NCBI GenBank assembly: GCA_025457865.1 | Contig: JALOTP010000001.1 | Location: 96,457-160,456, forward strand | From: Thermoplasmatota archaeon | GTDB lineage: Archaea > Thermoplasmatota > Penumbrarchaeia > Penumbrarchaeales > Penumbrarchaeaceae | Direction of reading: 5' to 3' | DNA: 64,000 bases | In this document: piece after piece, positions 45,658 to 54,429 of the stretch | How the letters are laid out: every line of letters begins with the position of its first letter | Position numbering within the stretch: the first letter of the stretch is position 1 | Notes under the pieces: model-generated | What the model was told of the DNA's origin: nothing | Database searches by the model: none | The model's input: only the letters and a program-made list of their open reading frames with translations | Made by a program: the position numbers and the translations under genes

Positions 45658-48600
45658 ATGTTCAAGAGAGATCTACTGGTGGCAATAGCTATTCTTACTT
45701 TTTTGAGCGTACCATCTGTAACGTGTTACCCCCATTCATCTGGACCTGTAGGAACCCCTTGGACCATGGACGGTGACCTGGAGATGGACATGAACATCTC
45801 GGAAGCGTCTATGGCATCGTTCATTGGCGAAGGCGCTTGGGATTCTTCGGGTTTTTCCGTGTCAAGGGCAGGGGATGTGAACGGCGATGGGTTGGATGAT
45901 ATCATCATAGGTGCCCAACAGAATGGGGAGGGTGGCTCTGGTGCGGGTCAGACATACCTCTTCTTCGGAAGGGCGAGCGGTTGGGAGATGGATACGAACC
46001 TCAGCATGGCCGATGCCTCGTTCATTGGGGAGGATGATGGTGATGGTTCCGGCCATTGTGTGGTGGATGCCGGTGATGTGAACGATGATGGTTATGATGA
46101 TATCCTCATAGGTGCGAACCAGGATGAGGACGGCGGGAACGGGGCAGGTCAGACATACCTCGTTCTCGGTAGGGCGTCAGGATGGACAATGGACACCGAC
46201 CTGAGCTTGGCCGATGCCTCGTTCATAGGGGAGGATGATGGTGACAATTCCGGTCATACGGTGGATGGGGCGGGGGATGTGAACGGTGACGGGTTCGATG
46301 ACATACTCATAGGGGCCTATGGGGACGAAGATGGAGGCGGTGGAAACGCAGGTCAGACCTATTTGATATTGGGTAAAGCCTCGGGCTGGGCCATGGATAC
46401 TGACCTCAGCCAGTCCGATGCATCGTTCTGGGGTGAGGAAGGTGGGGATTGGTCGGCCTATTCGGTTGCGGGCGCCGGAGACGTGAACGGGGATGGTCTC
46501 GATGACATCCTTGCCGGAGCCTCCGACAATGATGCAGGAGGGAATGCCGCTGGCCAAGCCTATCTGATACTGGGAAAGGCCTCAGGTTGGGCGATGGATA
46601 CAGACCTATCAGCTTCCAGTGCATCCTTCTGGGGCGAGGAAAGCGTTGACTATTCAGGTATCACGGTATCAGGACCGGGAGATGTGAACGGTGATGGCTA
46701 TGACGATATCTTCATCGGGGGTTCGAACAATGATGAGGGGGGGGACAATTTCGGCCAATATTATCTGGTCCTGGGGAAGGCCTCTGGGTGGGCGATGGAC
46801 ACCGACCTGAGCCTCTCGGACGCTTCGTTCCGAGGAGAGTACAGTGGGAGTTGGACGGGGAGGCAGGTTTCCGGGGCAGGAGATGTGAACGGTGATGGGT
46901 TCTATGATATAATGGTAGCGGATTCCTATGCAAATGAGGGTAATTCCGGAGCAGGTCAGACCTATCTGATATATGGGAAGGCCTCAGGATGGTCGATGGA
47001 TCAAGACCTGAACGAGTCCGACGTCTCCTTCATAGGGGAGGACAACGGGGACCAATCTGGGTATTCCGCTCATGGTGCCGGAGACGTCAATGGGGATGGC
47101 AACGACGACATCCTTGTCGGGGCTCCCGGAGATGAGGAAGGCGGCCCGCAATCAGGTCAGACCTACCTAATCTCCATCGAAGGTTTCTCCGAACCATTGG
47201 CGGTCTATGACGTCACGGTCAGGAATGGAATGGGGGAATTGGTCCAGGCCGCCGATATAGGAGAATCAGTCATCATAGAGATTAAAGGTCTGGACAGGAA
47301 CGAATCACATATGGACAAGGCTAGGGTCAACGTTTCCTTCAGCTCCGGAAAACCCGCACAGATCACCGTTGGCCTGATAGAGACCGGTCTGGACACAGGA
47401 CTGTACCGCGGCATCTACAGGGTGAATGTGAACGCTGAATATTTCCAGAGTATCCATTTTTCGGCATATATAGCCCCATCTGAATACTACAATGTGAAGG
47501 TGGATTATCCCTATAGGCCCGATAATGTGGTATCACTGGGTGTCTATTCGAGCCTGACCAGTTCGACCTTGTTAGATAAGTTGGACCTGGGCCAGACAGT
47601 CTATATCAAATGCTCTGGAGAGGATTCGAACAAGTTGACCATAGATAAAGCGTTCGTTAACCTGACCTCGGACAAGAACACGACCTACCATTCCATGGTC
47701 GTCATGATGGAAACGGGGGCATCCACAGGAGTGTTCACCTCATCGTTCACCGTCCCTAGTACGATGGGTTATTTCGAGAACATAACAATGTCATCGGCAG
47801 AGACACCCTCTGTCACTGCGATGTTCATGGTCCATACGCCTGTCCAGCTAAGAGCTACAGGTCCGTTCCGAAAAGCCCAGGAAGATTTGGAGTACAGGGT
47901 GGGTTTCTACAATTTCGGTTATAGTACGGTGACCTGGACCCTGACCACTGATGCATATTGGCTGGAATGGGACGAGGTGGGACATGTGCTCGATGGAACA
48001 CCGAGGAACATCGACGTTGGGGCTGACATCTGGAAGGTCATGGTCCGAATATCGGACGATCAAAGCCGCAGTCATGAGCTGTTGTACAACATCACTGTGA
48101 AGAATACGGACCCGTCGATACTCACAGAGCCTATGACCGAATGCATAGAGTACGATCCGTACCACCTTGACCTGGATTCCAGCGATGATGAGGGCGGTGA
48201 GACCACCTGGTATCTCAACACTGATGCAGAGTTCCTGAGCATTGAGAAGGATACAGGTATCTTGAAAGGAAACCCGATAGGTGTGGATATCGGGGAATAT
48301 CTAGTCAATGTCCAGGTAAGGGACGGGAAAGGAGGGACCGGTAATCTGATCTATGACCTGACGGTGGTCGGGAGGAACGATGGACCCCAGATCACAACCA
48401 CCGACATCAAGCAGGTCGAACAGGACACACCCTTCCGAAGGGATTACGAGGTCTTCGACCCTGATGAGGGGGATTCCCATCACTGGACGCTTAGGACCGA
48501 TGCGGATTGGTTGAGCATGGAGAACGATACTGGAGTTTTGTTCGGGACACCAAATGGTTATGACGTTGGAGACTGCTTCATTAATATCACTGTCACTGAC

Positions 48601-49929
48601 GAGGGAGGGTTGAGCGACTATCGTCAGCTAACGTTCAAGGTCATCGATCTAAAGGATAGACCTGTGTTCGATTCATTGCCCGAGGATGTCGAACTGCTGC
48701 ATGGGAGACGATACAACTTCGATATGAACGCATCCGATCCGGATAAGGATACTATATTGGTATACTCTATCTCAACCGAACCCATCAGCGATATGGCAAT
48801 AGACTCAAGGACCGGAGAGGTCAATTGGATCGCATCCTTCAGGTCCATGCCAGTAACCGGGGATGGAATGGTGGTTCGGGTGAAGGTGTCCGATGGTGAA
48901 CTGTTCTCGGTCCATGAGTTCATGGTCAATGTCATACCGACAAGATCCCCCATCGCTCAGCTCTTATCCCCCGTCATAGGGACAAGGACCCTATCAGGAT
49001 ATTCATTGCTCGAATGGTCGGGGTCCGATCCCGAGAACGAACCTTTGACCTATACGCTCTACTTGGCGGACAGCAATGCCTACCTATCAGCCAGGAGGGT
49101 TGAGGATATCAAGGCTGAAAGGATCCAAGATGACCATATCAACCTGACCGGACTGATCCAGGGCAAGACCTATTACTGGTCGGTAGTCCCGGACGACGGA
49201 TGCACTCAGGGGACCTGCTCAAACGGTATCTTCAACTTCAGGGTCAACAGCAGGCCCGCTCTGATAGATGTGAAGGACCAGACTATTGAGGTCGATATGA
49301 TGTTCAGGTCCAAGCTATCAGGTAGTGATGACGACCAGGATGATGCCGTAAGGTACGAACTTGTCGATGGACCGTCCGGATTGACCGTAAAGGCCGAGAC
49401 CGGGATGATCGAATGGACCCCGGGGTCAGATCAGGTCGGGACCCATACGGTCACTATACGAGCGACAGATGGGTATGAGTGGACGAAGATAGACTTCGAA
49501 ATTAAAGTTGTGGAGAAATCTGGACCGAACCTTGGATTGATATTGGGCGCGTTAATAGTAATTCTGATAATTGTCATCATAGCTCTGGTCCTTTTCATCG
49601 TTGTTTTCAGGAAGCGACCCTCTGAGGAGGAAGTGGTGGTCGAGGAGGAAGATGAGGAATCGAAGAGGATACGCGAAGAATTGGTGCAGCTTCGTAGCGA
49701 GAAGGATTGGGAGTCGGCCCATTCAAAGCCGTCCGATCAGGTTGTGGCTTCGGTGCCCTCCTCTGTTACAGAGGCCCATGCCAATGATAGGACATTGAGG
49801 AAGATGAGCTATGAGGACCTCTATGGACAGCCCGCACCTGACAAGAGCGAGGAACTTACTACAGAGGAGCTGAAGGGAGAGCTCAAGAAGCTGACCGAAG
49901 AGCTGAAGGGCTCAATGGTCGAGGAATGA
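45658..49929 (+). CDS. Giant surface protein: signal peptide, ~8 FG-GAP repeats, Ig/cadherin-like domains, TM anchor and conserved coiled-coil cytoplasmic tail (paralogue 1)
   Basis: 1423 aa. Repeated GAGDVNGDG(F/Y/L)DDI(L/I)IGA modules, a TM helix LGLILGALIVILIIVIIALVLFIVVF, and a tail containing SVPSSVTEAHANDRTLRKMSYEDLYGQPAPDKSEELTTEELKGELKKL. Confidence 0.8.
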   Translation: MFKRDLLVAIAILTFLSVPSVTCYPHSSGPVGTPWTMDGDLEMDMNISEASMASFIGEGAWDSSGFSVSRAGDVNGDGLDDIIIGAQQNGEGGSGAGQTYLFFGRASGWEMDTNLSMADASFIGEDDGDGSGHCVVDAGDVNDDGYDDILIGANQDEDGGNGAGQTYLVLGRASGWTMDTDLSLADASFIGEDDGDNSGHTVDGAGDVNGDGFDDILIGAYGDEDGGGGNAGQTYLILGKASGWAMDTDLSQSDASFWGEEGGDWSAYSVAGAGDVNGDGLDDILAGASDNDAGGNAAGQAYLILGKASGWAMDTDLSASSASFWGEESVDYSGITVSGPGDVNGDGYDDIFIGGSNNDEGGDNFGQYYLVLGKASGWAMDTDLSLSDASFRGEYSGSWTGRQVSGAGDVNGDGFYDIMVADSYANEGNSGAGQTYLIYGKASGWSMDQDLNESDVSFIGEDNGDQSGYSAHGAGDVNGDGNDDILVGAPGDEEGGPQSGQTYLISIEGFSEPLAVYDVTVRNGMGELVQAADIGESVIIEIKGLDRNESHMDKARVNVSFSSGKPAQITVGLIETGLDTGLYRGIYRVNVNAEYFQSIHFSAYIAPSEYYNVKVDYPYRPDNVVSLGVYSSLTSSTLLDKLDLGQTVYIKCSGEDSNKLTIDKAFVNLTSDKNTTYHSMVVMMETGASTGVFTSSFTVPSTMGYFENITMSSAETPSVTAMFMVHTPVQLRATGPFRKAQEDLEYRVGFYNFGYSTVTWTLTTDAYWLEWDEVGHVLDGTPRNIDVGADIWKVMVRISDDQSRSHELLYNITVKNTDPSILTEPMTECIEYDPYHLDLDSSDDEGGETTWYLNTDAEFLSIEKDTGILKGNPIGVDIGEYLVNVQVRDGKGGTGNLIYDLTVVGRNDGPQITTTDIKQVEQDTPFRRDYEVFDPDEGDSHHWTLRTDADWLSMENDTGVLFGTPNGYDVGDCFINITVTDEGGLSDYRQLTFKVIDLKDRPVFDSLPEDVELLHGRRYNFDMNASDPDKDTILVYSISTEPISDMAIDSRTGEVNWIASFRSMPVTGDGMVVRVKVSDGELFSVHEFMVNVIPTRSPIAQLLSPVIGTRTLSGYSLLEWSGSDPENEPLTYTLYLADSNAYLSARRVEDIKAERIQDDHINLTGLIQGKTYYWSVVPDDGCTQGTCSNGIFNFRVNSRPALIDVKDQTIEVDMMFRSKLSGSDDDQDDAVRYELVDGPSGLTVKAETGMIEWTPGSDQVGTHTVTIRATDGYEWTKIDFEIKVVEKSGPNLGLILGALIVILIIVIIALVLFIVVFRKRPSEEEVVVEEEDEESKRIREELVQLRSEKDWESAHSKPSDQVVASVPSSVTEAHANDRTLRKMSYEDLYGQPAPDKSEELTTEELKGELKKLTEELKGSMVEE
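45850..47170 (+). repeat. Internal tandem FG-GAP coding repeats (~200-nt period) within giant gene 1
   Basis: Recurrent nucleotide blocks encoding GKASGWAMDTDLS...ASF.GE...GDVNGDG (e.g. near 46375, 46575, 46780). Confidence 0.55.
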
Positions 49930-50066
49930 CAGGACCTCGGGTCGACCTTAACAAGGGCGATTGGAATGGGGTCAGGACCAAATAGGTCGAAAAAACCCTC
50001 TCGAGAACTTTAAAAAAGGAAGCACACATCTAGGCTCTACCTAATAGTGCACGGGGTGTAGCTCAG

Positions 50067-53000
50067 ATGAGTTCGAAAGTGAACATGGTGCTAGTTGCCA
50101 GCGTGGTCCTTTTAATGGCCCTTTTCCCCACCGTCATCTCGGACGGCAGCGGACCAGGACCAGTTCCGGGCCCCAGGGGTGACCTTTCCAAGAACATGGA
50201 CCTCAAAGACGCTGCTTTCGCATCTTTCCTTGGAGAGAGGCCCAACAGCAGGTCCGGGACCTCGGTCGCAGGATTGGGTGATGTTAACGGTGACGGTATC
50301 GATGATATCATCATAGGCGCCAGTGACGACAATGAGTGGGGTATGCTATCTGGACAGGCTTACCTTTTCCTGGGAGGCCCTTTCGGATTGAAGAGAGGGT
50401 TGAGCCTATCAGAGGCAGATGCGTCCTTCTACGGCAATCAAGATGGATTGGCCGGGTTTTCGGTTGCCGGGGCAGGGGATGTCAACAATGACGGCTTGAA
50501 CGATATCCTAATCGGTTCTTACAACGACCCGGACGGAGCGTTGCAGGCAGGGAAGGCGTATCTCATCTTCGGTAAGAGGACAGGCTGGGAGATGGACACA
50601 TCCCTATCCAGCGCCAGTGCGAGCTTCATGGGGACCATGCCCCACATGCAGTGCGGTTTCTCCGTTGCGGGGGCAGGGGACGTAAATAAGGACGGGTTCG
50701 ATGATATCCTCATCGGAAGCAAGCTTGGCCGCGTCTATCTCTTCTTCGGAAAAGCGTCCGGTTGGACACAGAACAGGCAGCTCCCCACAGCCGATGTCAG
50801 TTTCACCGAGGAAGGACCTGTAGAAGGGATAGGGGATTCAGTGGCCGGAGCGGGCGATGTCAATGGGGATGGTTATGAAGATATTTTGCTGGGTGCCCCC
50901 CTTAACGATGAGAACGCTCCCGATTCAGGTCAGACCTATCTCATCCTTGGCAGGTCCGGACCATGGCTCCCGGACGTCCTGCTGACCAATGCCGACGCAT
51001 CGTTCCTGGGCGAGAGCGAGAACGACCGCTCCGGCATCAGCATCGCCGGGGGAGGCGACGTGGACGGCGACGGTTATGACGATATCGTCATAGGTGCCGA
51101 CGGCCACAGCCAGGTCGCGATGCATGGAGGGAAGTCCTACATCATATTCGGAAGGTCTAGCGGATGGTCCATGGACACAAGGCTCTCCGGTCCCGTTGTG
51201 TCGTTCATGGGAGATGACGAAGGGGACCAGATAGGGAACCCCCTCTCATCTGCCGGGGACCTCAACATGGACGGCCTGGACGATATATTGATATCCTCTC
51301 CCTTCAACGGGGAGAACGGGGTCCAATCCGGAAAGGTCCATCTTATCTTCGGTCGGAGGACCGGTTGGGGCGTAAACGTATCTATCTCAAAGGCCAATGC
51401 ATCGTTCATGGGGGAGACCGGAGGGGACAATGCGGGCTCATCCTTAGCGGCCGCTGGGGATGTCGATGGGGACGGATTGAACGAGATCGTACTGGGGGCC
51501 AAGCACCGTTCCGAGGGGGAGAACCTCGCCGGAAAGACATACCTTGTCAAGGGACCTGCGGGGACCGAACCATTGTCGGTCCAATCCATAAGCGTGTTCT
51601 CCGGAGGCTTCGGACTTAAAGCGGGCAGGTTCGACAAGGGTGACAGGGCATTCATAGAGATGAAGGGGGTCGATGGGAACCTGACGCATACTGACCATGT
51701 CAGGGTCATAGTGGGCTTCAGCAGGACCTATGCGGGGACCATCGATATCTTTCTCAAGGAGACGGGACCGAACACAGGTGTTTACAGGGGCTCCTTCCAT
51801 GTCCCGACAACGACCGAATATTTCGAGACCATAACGTTCTATGCGGCCAAGGACCCGTTGAAATATGCCAGGATAGTGGTGGACTATCCGTACAGACCCT
51901 CCAGCGTCACTGCGATAGGGGTCTACTCGAGCCCGACAGGTCTAACACCCCTTGACAAGCTCGACTACGGCCAGACGGTCTATTTCAGAAGCGTCGGGGT
52001 CGATTCGAACACGTCTCGGGTCGATAAGGCGTTCGTGAACATGAGTTCCGACAAGAACGCAAGCTACCTACCAATGCTGGTCCTGACCGAGACCGGTGCA
52101 TCGACAGGGACCTTCGTGGTGCAGTTCAAGGTCCCATCGACCATGCAGTGGTTCGAGAACATCACCCTCACCTCGGTCGAGACGGCGGCGAAGAAAGCGA
52201 AGTTCATGGTCCATACCCCCGTCCAGGTCAGGGCCGCTGGACCTTACAAGGACGCAGTGGAGGATTCTGAGTACAGGGTGTCATTCTATAACTTCGGATA
52301 CAATCCGGTCATATGGACCGCTACTAAGAACGCTTACTGGCTCAACTGGAACGATAAGAAGCTGGAGCTCTACGGTACCCCCCGCAACAACGACGTGGGG
52401 GACAGCGATTGGGAGGTCCTTGTGACCATAGAGGACGAGTTCGAGCACAGGAGCAGTCTCGAGTACGTCCTAAGGGTCATCAATACCCCACCCGAGATAC
52501 TCACACCACCGGTGACCGAATGGTACGAGAACAGGCCATATCTGGTGGATTTCAACTGCGATGACGACGGTCAGGGTTCCATGACCTGGACCTTGAGCAC
52601 CATTGCACCGTTCCTCAAGATCGACAAGACCTCCGGTGTCCTGAGCGGCACCCCTATTGTGGGGGATTCCGGGTCCTATGTTGTGACGGTACAGGTCCAC
52701 GACGGTCATGGCGGCATCGATGAGGTCCGTTACAACCTGACCATAGAGGATGAGAACGACCCGCCCCAGATAACGACCACGGACATCAAACAGGTGGAGC
52801 AGGACACCCCTTTCAGACGGGACTACGATGTCTATGACCCTGACCAGAACGACATCCATAACTGGACGCTAAGGACCGATGCGGAATGGTTGGGGATCGA
52901 GAACGGTACAGGCGTACTTTTCGGTACACCCGACGGGTACGACGTCGGCGACTGGATTGTGAACATCACCGTAACCGACCAGGGAGGTTTGAGCGACAGT

Positions 53001-54353
53001 CAGGAGTTCACGCTGAAGGTCCTGGATATAGAGGACGCACCGAAGTTCATAGATGTACCGAGGAACAAGGAGCTCCCCCACGGGACAGAACTCTACTTCG
53101 ATGTGAACGCAACCGACTATGACAAAGACGACAAGGTGGCCTACAGCGTCATGACCGAGCCTTCGAGCAATATGCTGATAGACCCAACGACCGGCGATCT
53201 GAGATGGACCGCGAGCTATCGCTCGATGCCGCAGAACGAGGTGGGTATGAAGGTCACATTGAGAGCTACCGACGGGCAGCTCACCACTTCTTACGAATTC
53301 TTCGTGAAGGTGACCCCGACGCTCTCCCCATACAGCCAGCTCGTGTCACCGGCCAAAGGGGCCAGGACAGCTCAGGATAAGACCATACTGCATTGGGGGG
53401 GGACCGACCCTGAGGACGACCCGCTGATCTACATACTCTACCTTGCGGACACGGAGGCCTATATAACATCGAAGAGCCCCGATAGTATGGTCTCATCCAC
53501 CATCACGGGAACGACCTATGAGTTAACAAGGCTCACGCCTGGCAAGACCTATTACTGGACCGTCATACCTGACGATACTTGCACCTACGGTACCTGTACG
53601 AACGGTGTGTTCAGCTTCAGGGTGAACAACAGGCCTGTCCTTGAGACCGTCAAGGACCAGTTCACTGCTGAAGGGGATGAGTTCCTCTACAAGCTGATGG
53701 GCAGCGATGGCGACCAGGACGACAAGTTGGTCTATGCCCTGGAGAAGGGTCCGTCGGGTATGACCCTGAGGGATTCCACGGGTATGCTCGTCTGGACACC
53801 AAAGAGCGGACAGGCCGGTACCCATACGGTGAAGGTCAATGTCACCGACGGATATGAGATAATGATGGTCCAGTTCAGGATCGTGGTTTCGGAGAAGGAA
53901 GGACCCAACATTGGCCTTCTGATAGGTATCGCGCTTGGGGTCATAGTTCTCATCATCGCCGCACTCCTCCTCTTTTTCCTCGTGATCAAAAAGAAGGGAG
54001 AGGAGGAAGGAGGGGAGGTCAAGGAGGAAGAGGACGAGGAGACCAAGCAGCTGAGGGAGGAGCTCGAGCAGAAGGAGAGAGAGACGGGGTGGACGGAAGG
54101 GGGAGCGAAGCCTCCCGGAGAACAGCGGACCATCACCTCTGTCCCATCATCCATCGCCGAGGCACATGCCCAGGACAAGACATTGAAGAAGATGGGCTAC
54201 GAGGAGCTCTACGGACAGCCTGCACCCGATAAGGACGAGGAGCTGACCACGGAGGAACTGAAGGACGAGCTCGAGAAGCTCGCAGAGCAGCTCCGGAACG
54301 CAGGGACCGAGGACGCATCCATAGACCTCGGTGAGGAAGAGAACGGGACTTGA
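50067..54353 (+). CDS. Giant surface protein paralogue 2 (FG-GAP repeats, Ig/cadherin-like domains, TM anchor, conserved cytoplasmic tail)
   Basis: 1428 aa, collinear with paralogue 1. Long near-identical blocks (NDPPQITTTDIKQVEQDTPFRRDYDVYDPD..., GKTYYWTVIPDDTCTYGTCTNGVFSFRVNNRP) and a matching tail (SVPSSIAEAHAQDKTLKKMGYEELYGQPAPDKDEELTTEELKDELEKL). Confidence 0.8.
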   Translation: MSSKVNMVLVASVVLLMALFPTVISDGSGPGPVPGPRGDLSKNMDLKDAAFASFLGERPNSRSGTSVAGLGDVNGDGIDDIIIGASDDNEWGMLSGQAYLFLGGPFGLKRGLSLSEADASFYGNQDGLAGFSVAGAGDVNNDGLNDILIGSYNDPDGALQAGKAYLIFGKRTGWEMDTSLSSASASFMGTMPHMQCGFSVAGAGDVNKDGFDDILIGSKLGRVYLFFGKASGWTQNRQLPTADVSFTEEGPVEGIGDSVAGAGDVNGDGYEDILLGAPLNDENAPDSGQTYLILGRSGPWLPDVLLTNADASFLGESENDRSGISIAGGGDVDGDGYDDIVIGADGHSQVAMHGGKSYIIFGRSSGWSMDTRLSGPVVSFMGDDEGDQIGNPLSSAGDLNMDGLDDILISSPFNGENGVQSGKVHLIFGRRTGWGVNVSISKANASFMGETGGDNAGSSLAAAGDVDGDGLNEIVLGAKHRSEGENLAGKTYLVKGPAGTEPLSVQSISVFSGGFGLKAGRFDKGDRAFIEMKGVDGNLTHTDHVRVIVGFSRTYAGTIDIFLKETGPNTGVYRGSFHVPTTTEYFETITFYAAKDPLKYARIVVDYPYRPSSVTAIGVYSSPTGLTPLDKLDYGQTVYFRSVGVDSNTSRVDKAFVNMSSDKNASYLPMLVLTETGASTGTFVVQFKVPSTMQWFENITLTSVETAAKKAKFMVHTPVQVRAAGPYKDAVEDSEYRVSFYNFGYNPVIWTATKNAYWLNWNDKKLELYGTPRNNDVGDSDWEVLVTIEDEFEHRSSLEYVLRVINTPPEILTPPVTEWYENRPYLVDFNCDDDGQGSMTWTLSTIAPFLKIDKTSGVLSGTPIVGDSGSYVVTVQVHDGHGGIDEVRYNLTIEDENDPPQITTTDIKQVEQDTPFRRDYDVYDPDQNDIHNWTLRTDAEWLGIENGTGVLFGTPDGYDVGDWIVNITVTDQGGLSDSQEFTLKVLDIEDAPKFIDVPRNKELPHGTELYFDVNATDYDKDDKVAYSVMTEPSSNMLIDPTTGDLRWTASYRSMPQNEVGMKVTLRATDGQLTTSYEFFVKVTPTLSPYSQLVSPAKGARTAQDKTILHWGGTDPEDDPLIYILYLADTEAYITSKSPDSMVSSTITGTTYELTRLTPGKTYYWTVIPDDTCTYGTCTNGVFSFRVNNRPVLETVKDQFTAEGDEFLYKLMGSDGDQDDKLVYALEKGPSGMTLRDSTGMLVWTPKSGQAGTHTVKVNVTDGYEIMMVQFRIVVSEKEGPNIGLLIGIALGVIVLIIAALLLFFLVIKKKGEEEGGEVKEEEDEETKQLREELEQKERETGWTEGGAKPPGEQRTITSVPSSIAEAHAQDKTLKKMGYEELYGQPAPDKDEELTTEELKDELEKLAEQLRNAGTEDASIDLGEEENGT

Positions 54354-54429
54354 GGTGATTTTTAAGGGTCAGGTGCCTTGGATGGCCATGTAAGAATAGC
54401 TACGATTATGATGACCACGATTATACATT

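Noticed and set aside
50035-50100. tRNA-like start GGGGTGTAGCTCAGATGAGTTCGAA upstream of and overlapping the second giant gene
   Set aside because: No acceptor, anticodon or T-arm can be completed within 70-90 nt. The GTTCGAA falls inside the ATGAGTTCGAAAGTG start of ORF 50067, so this is a chance resemblance.
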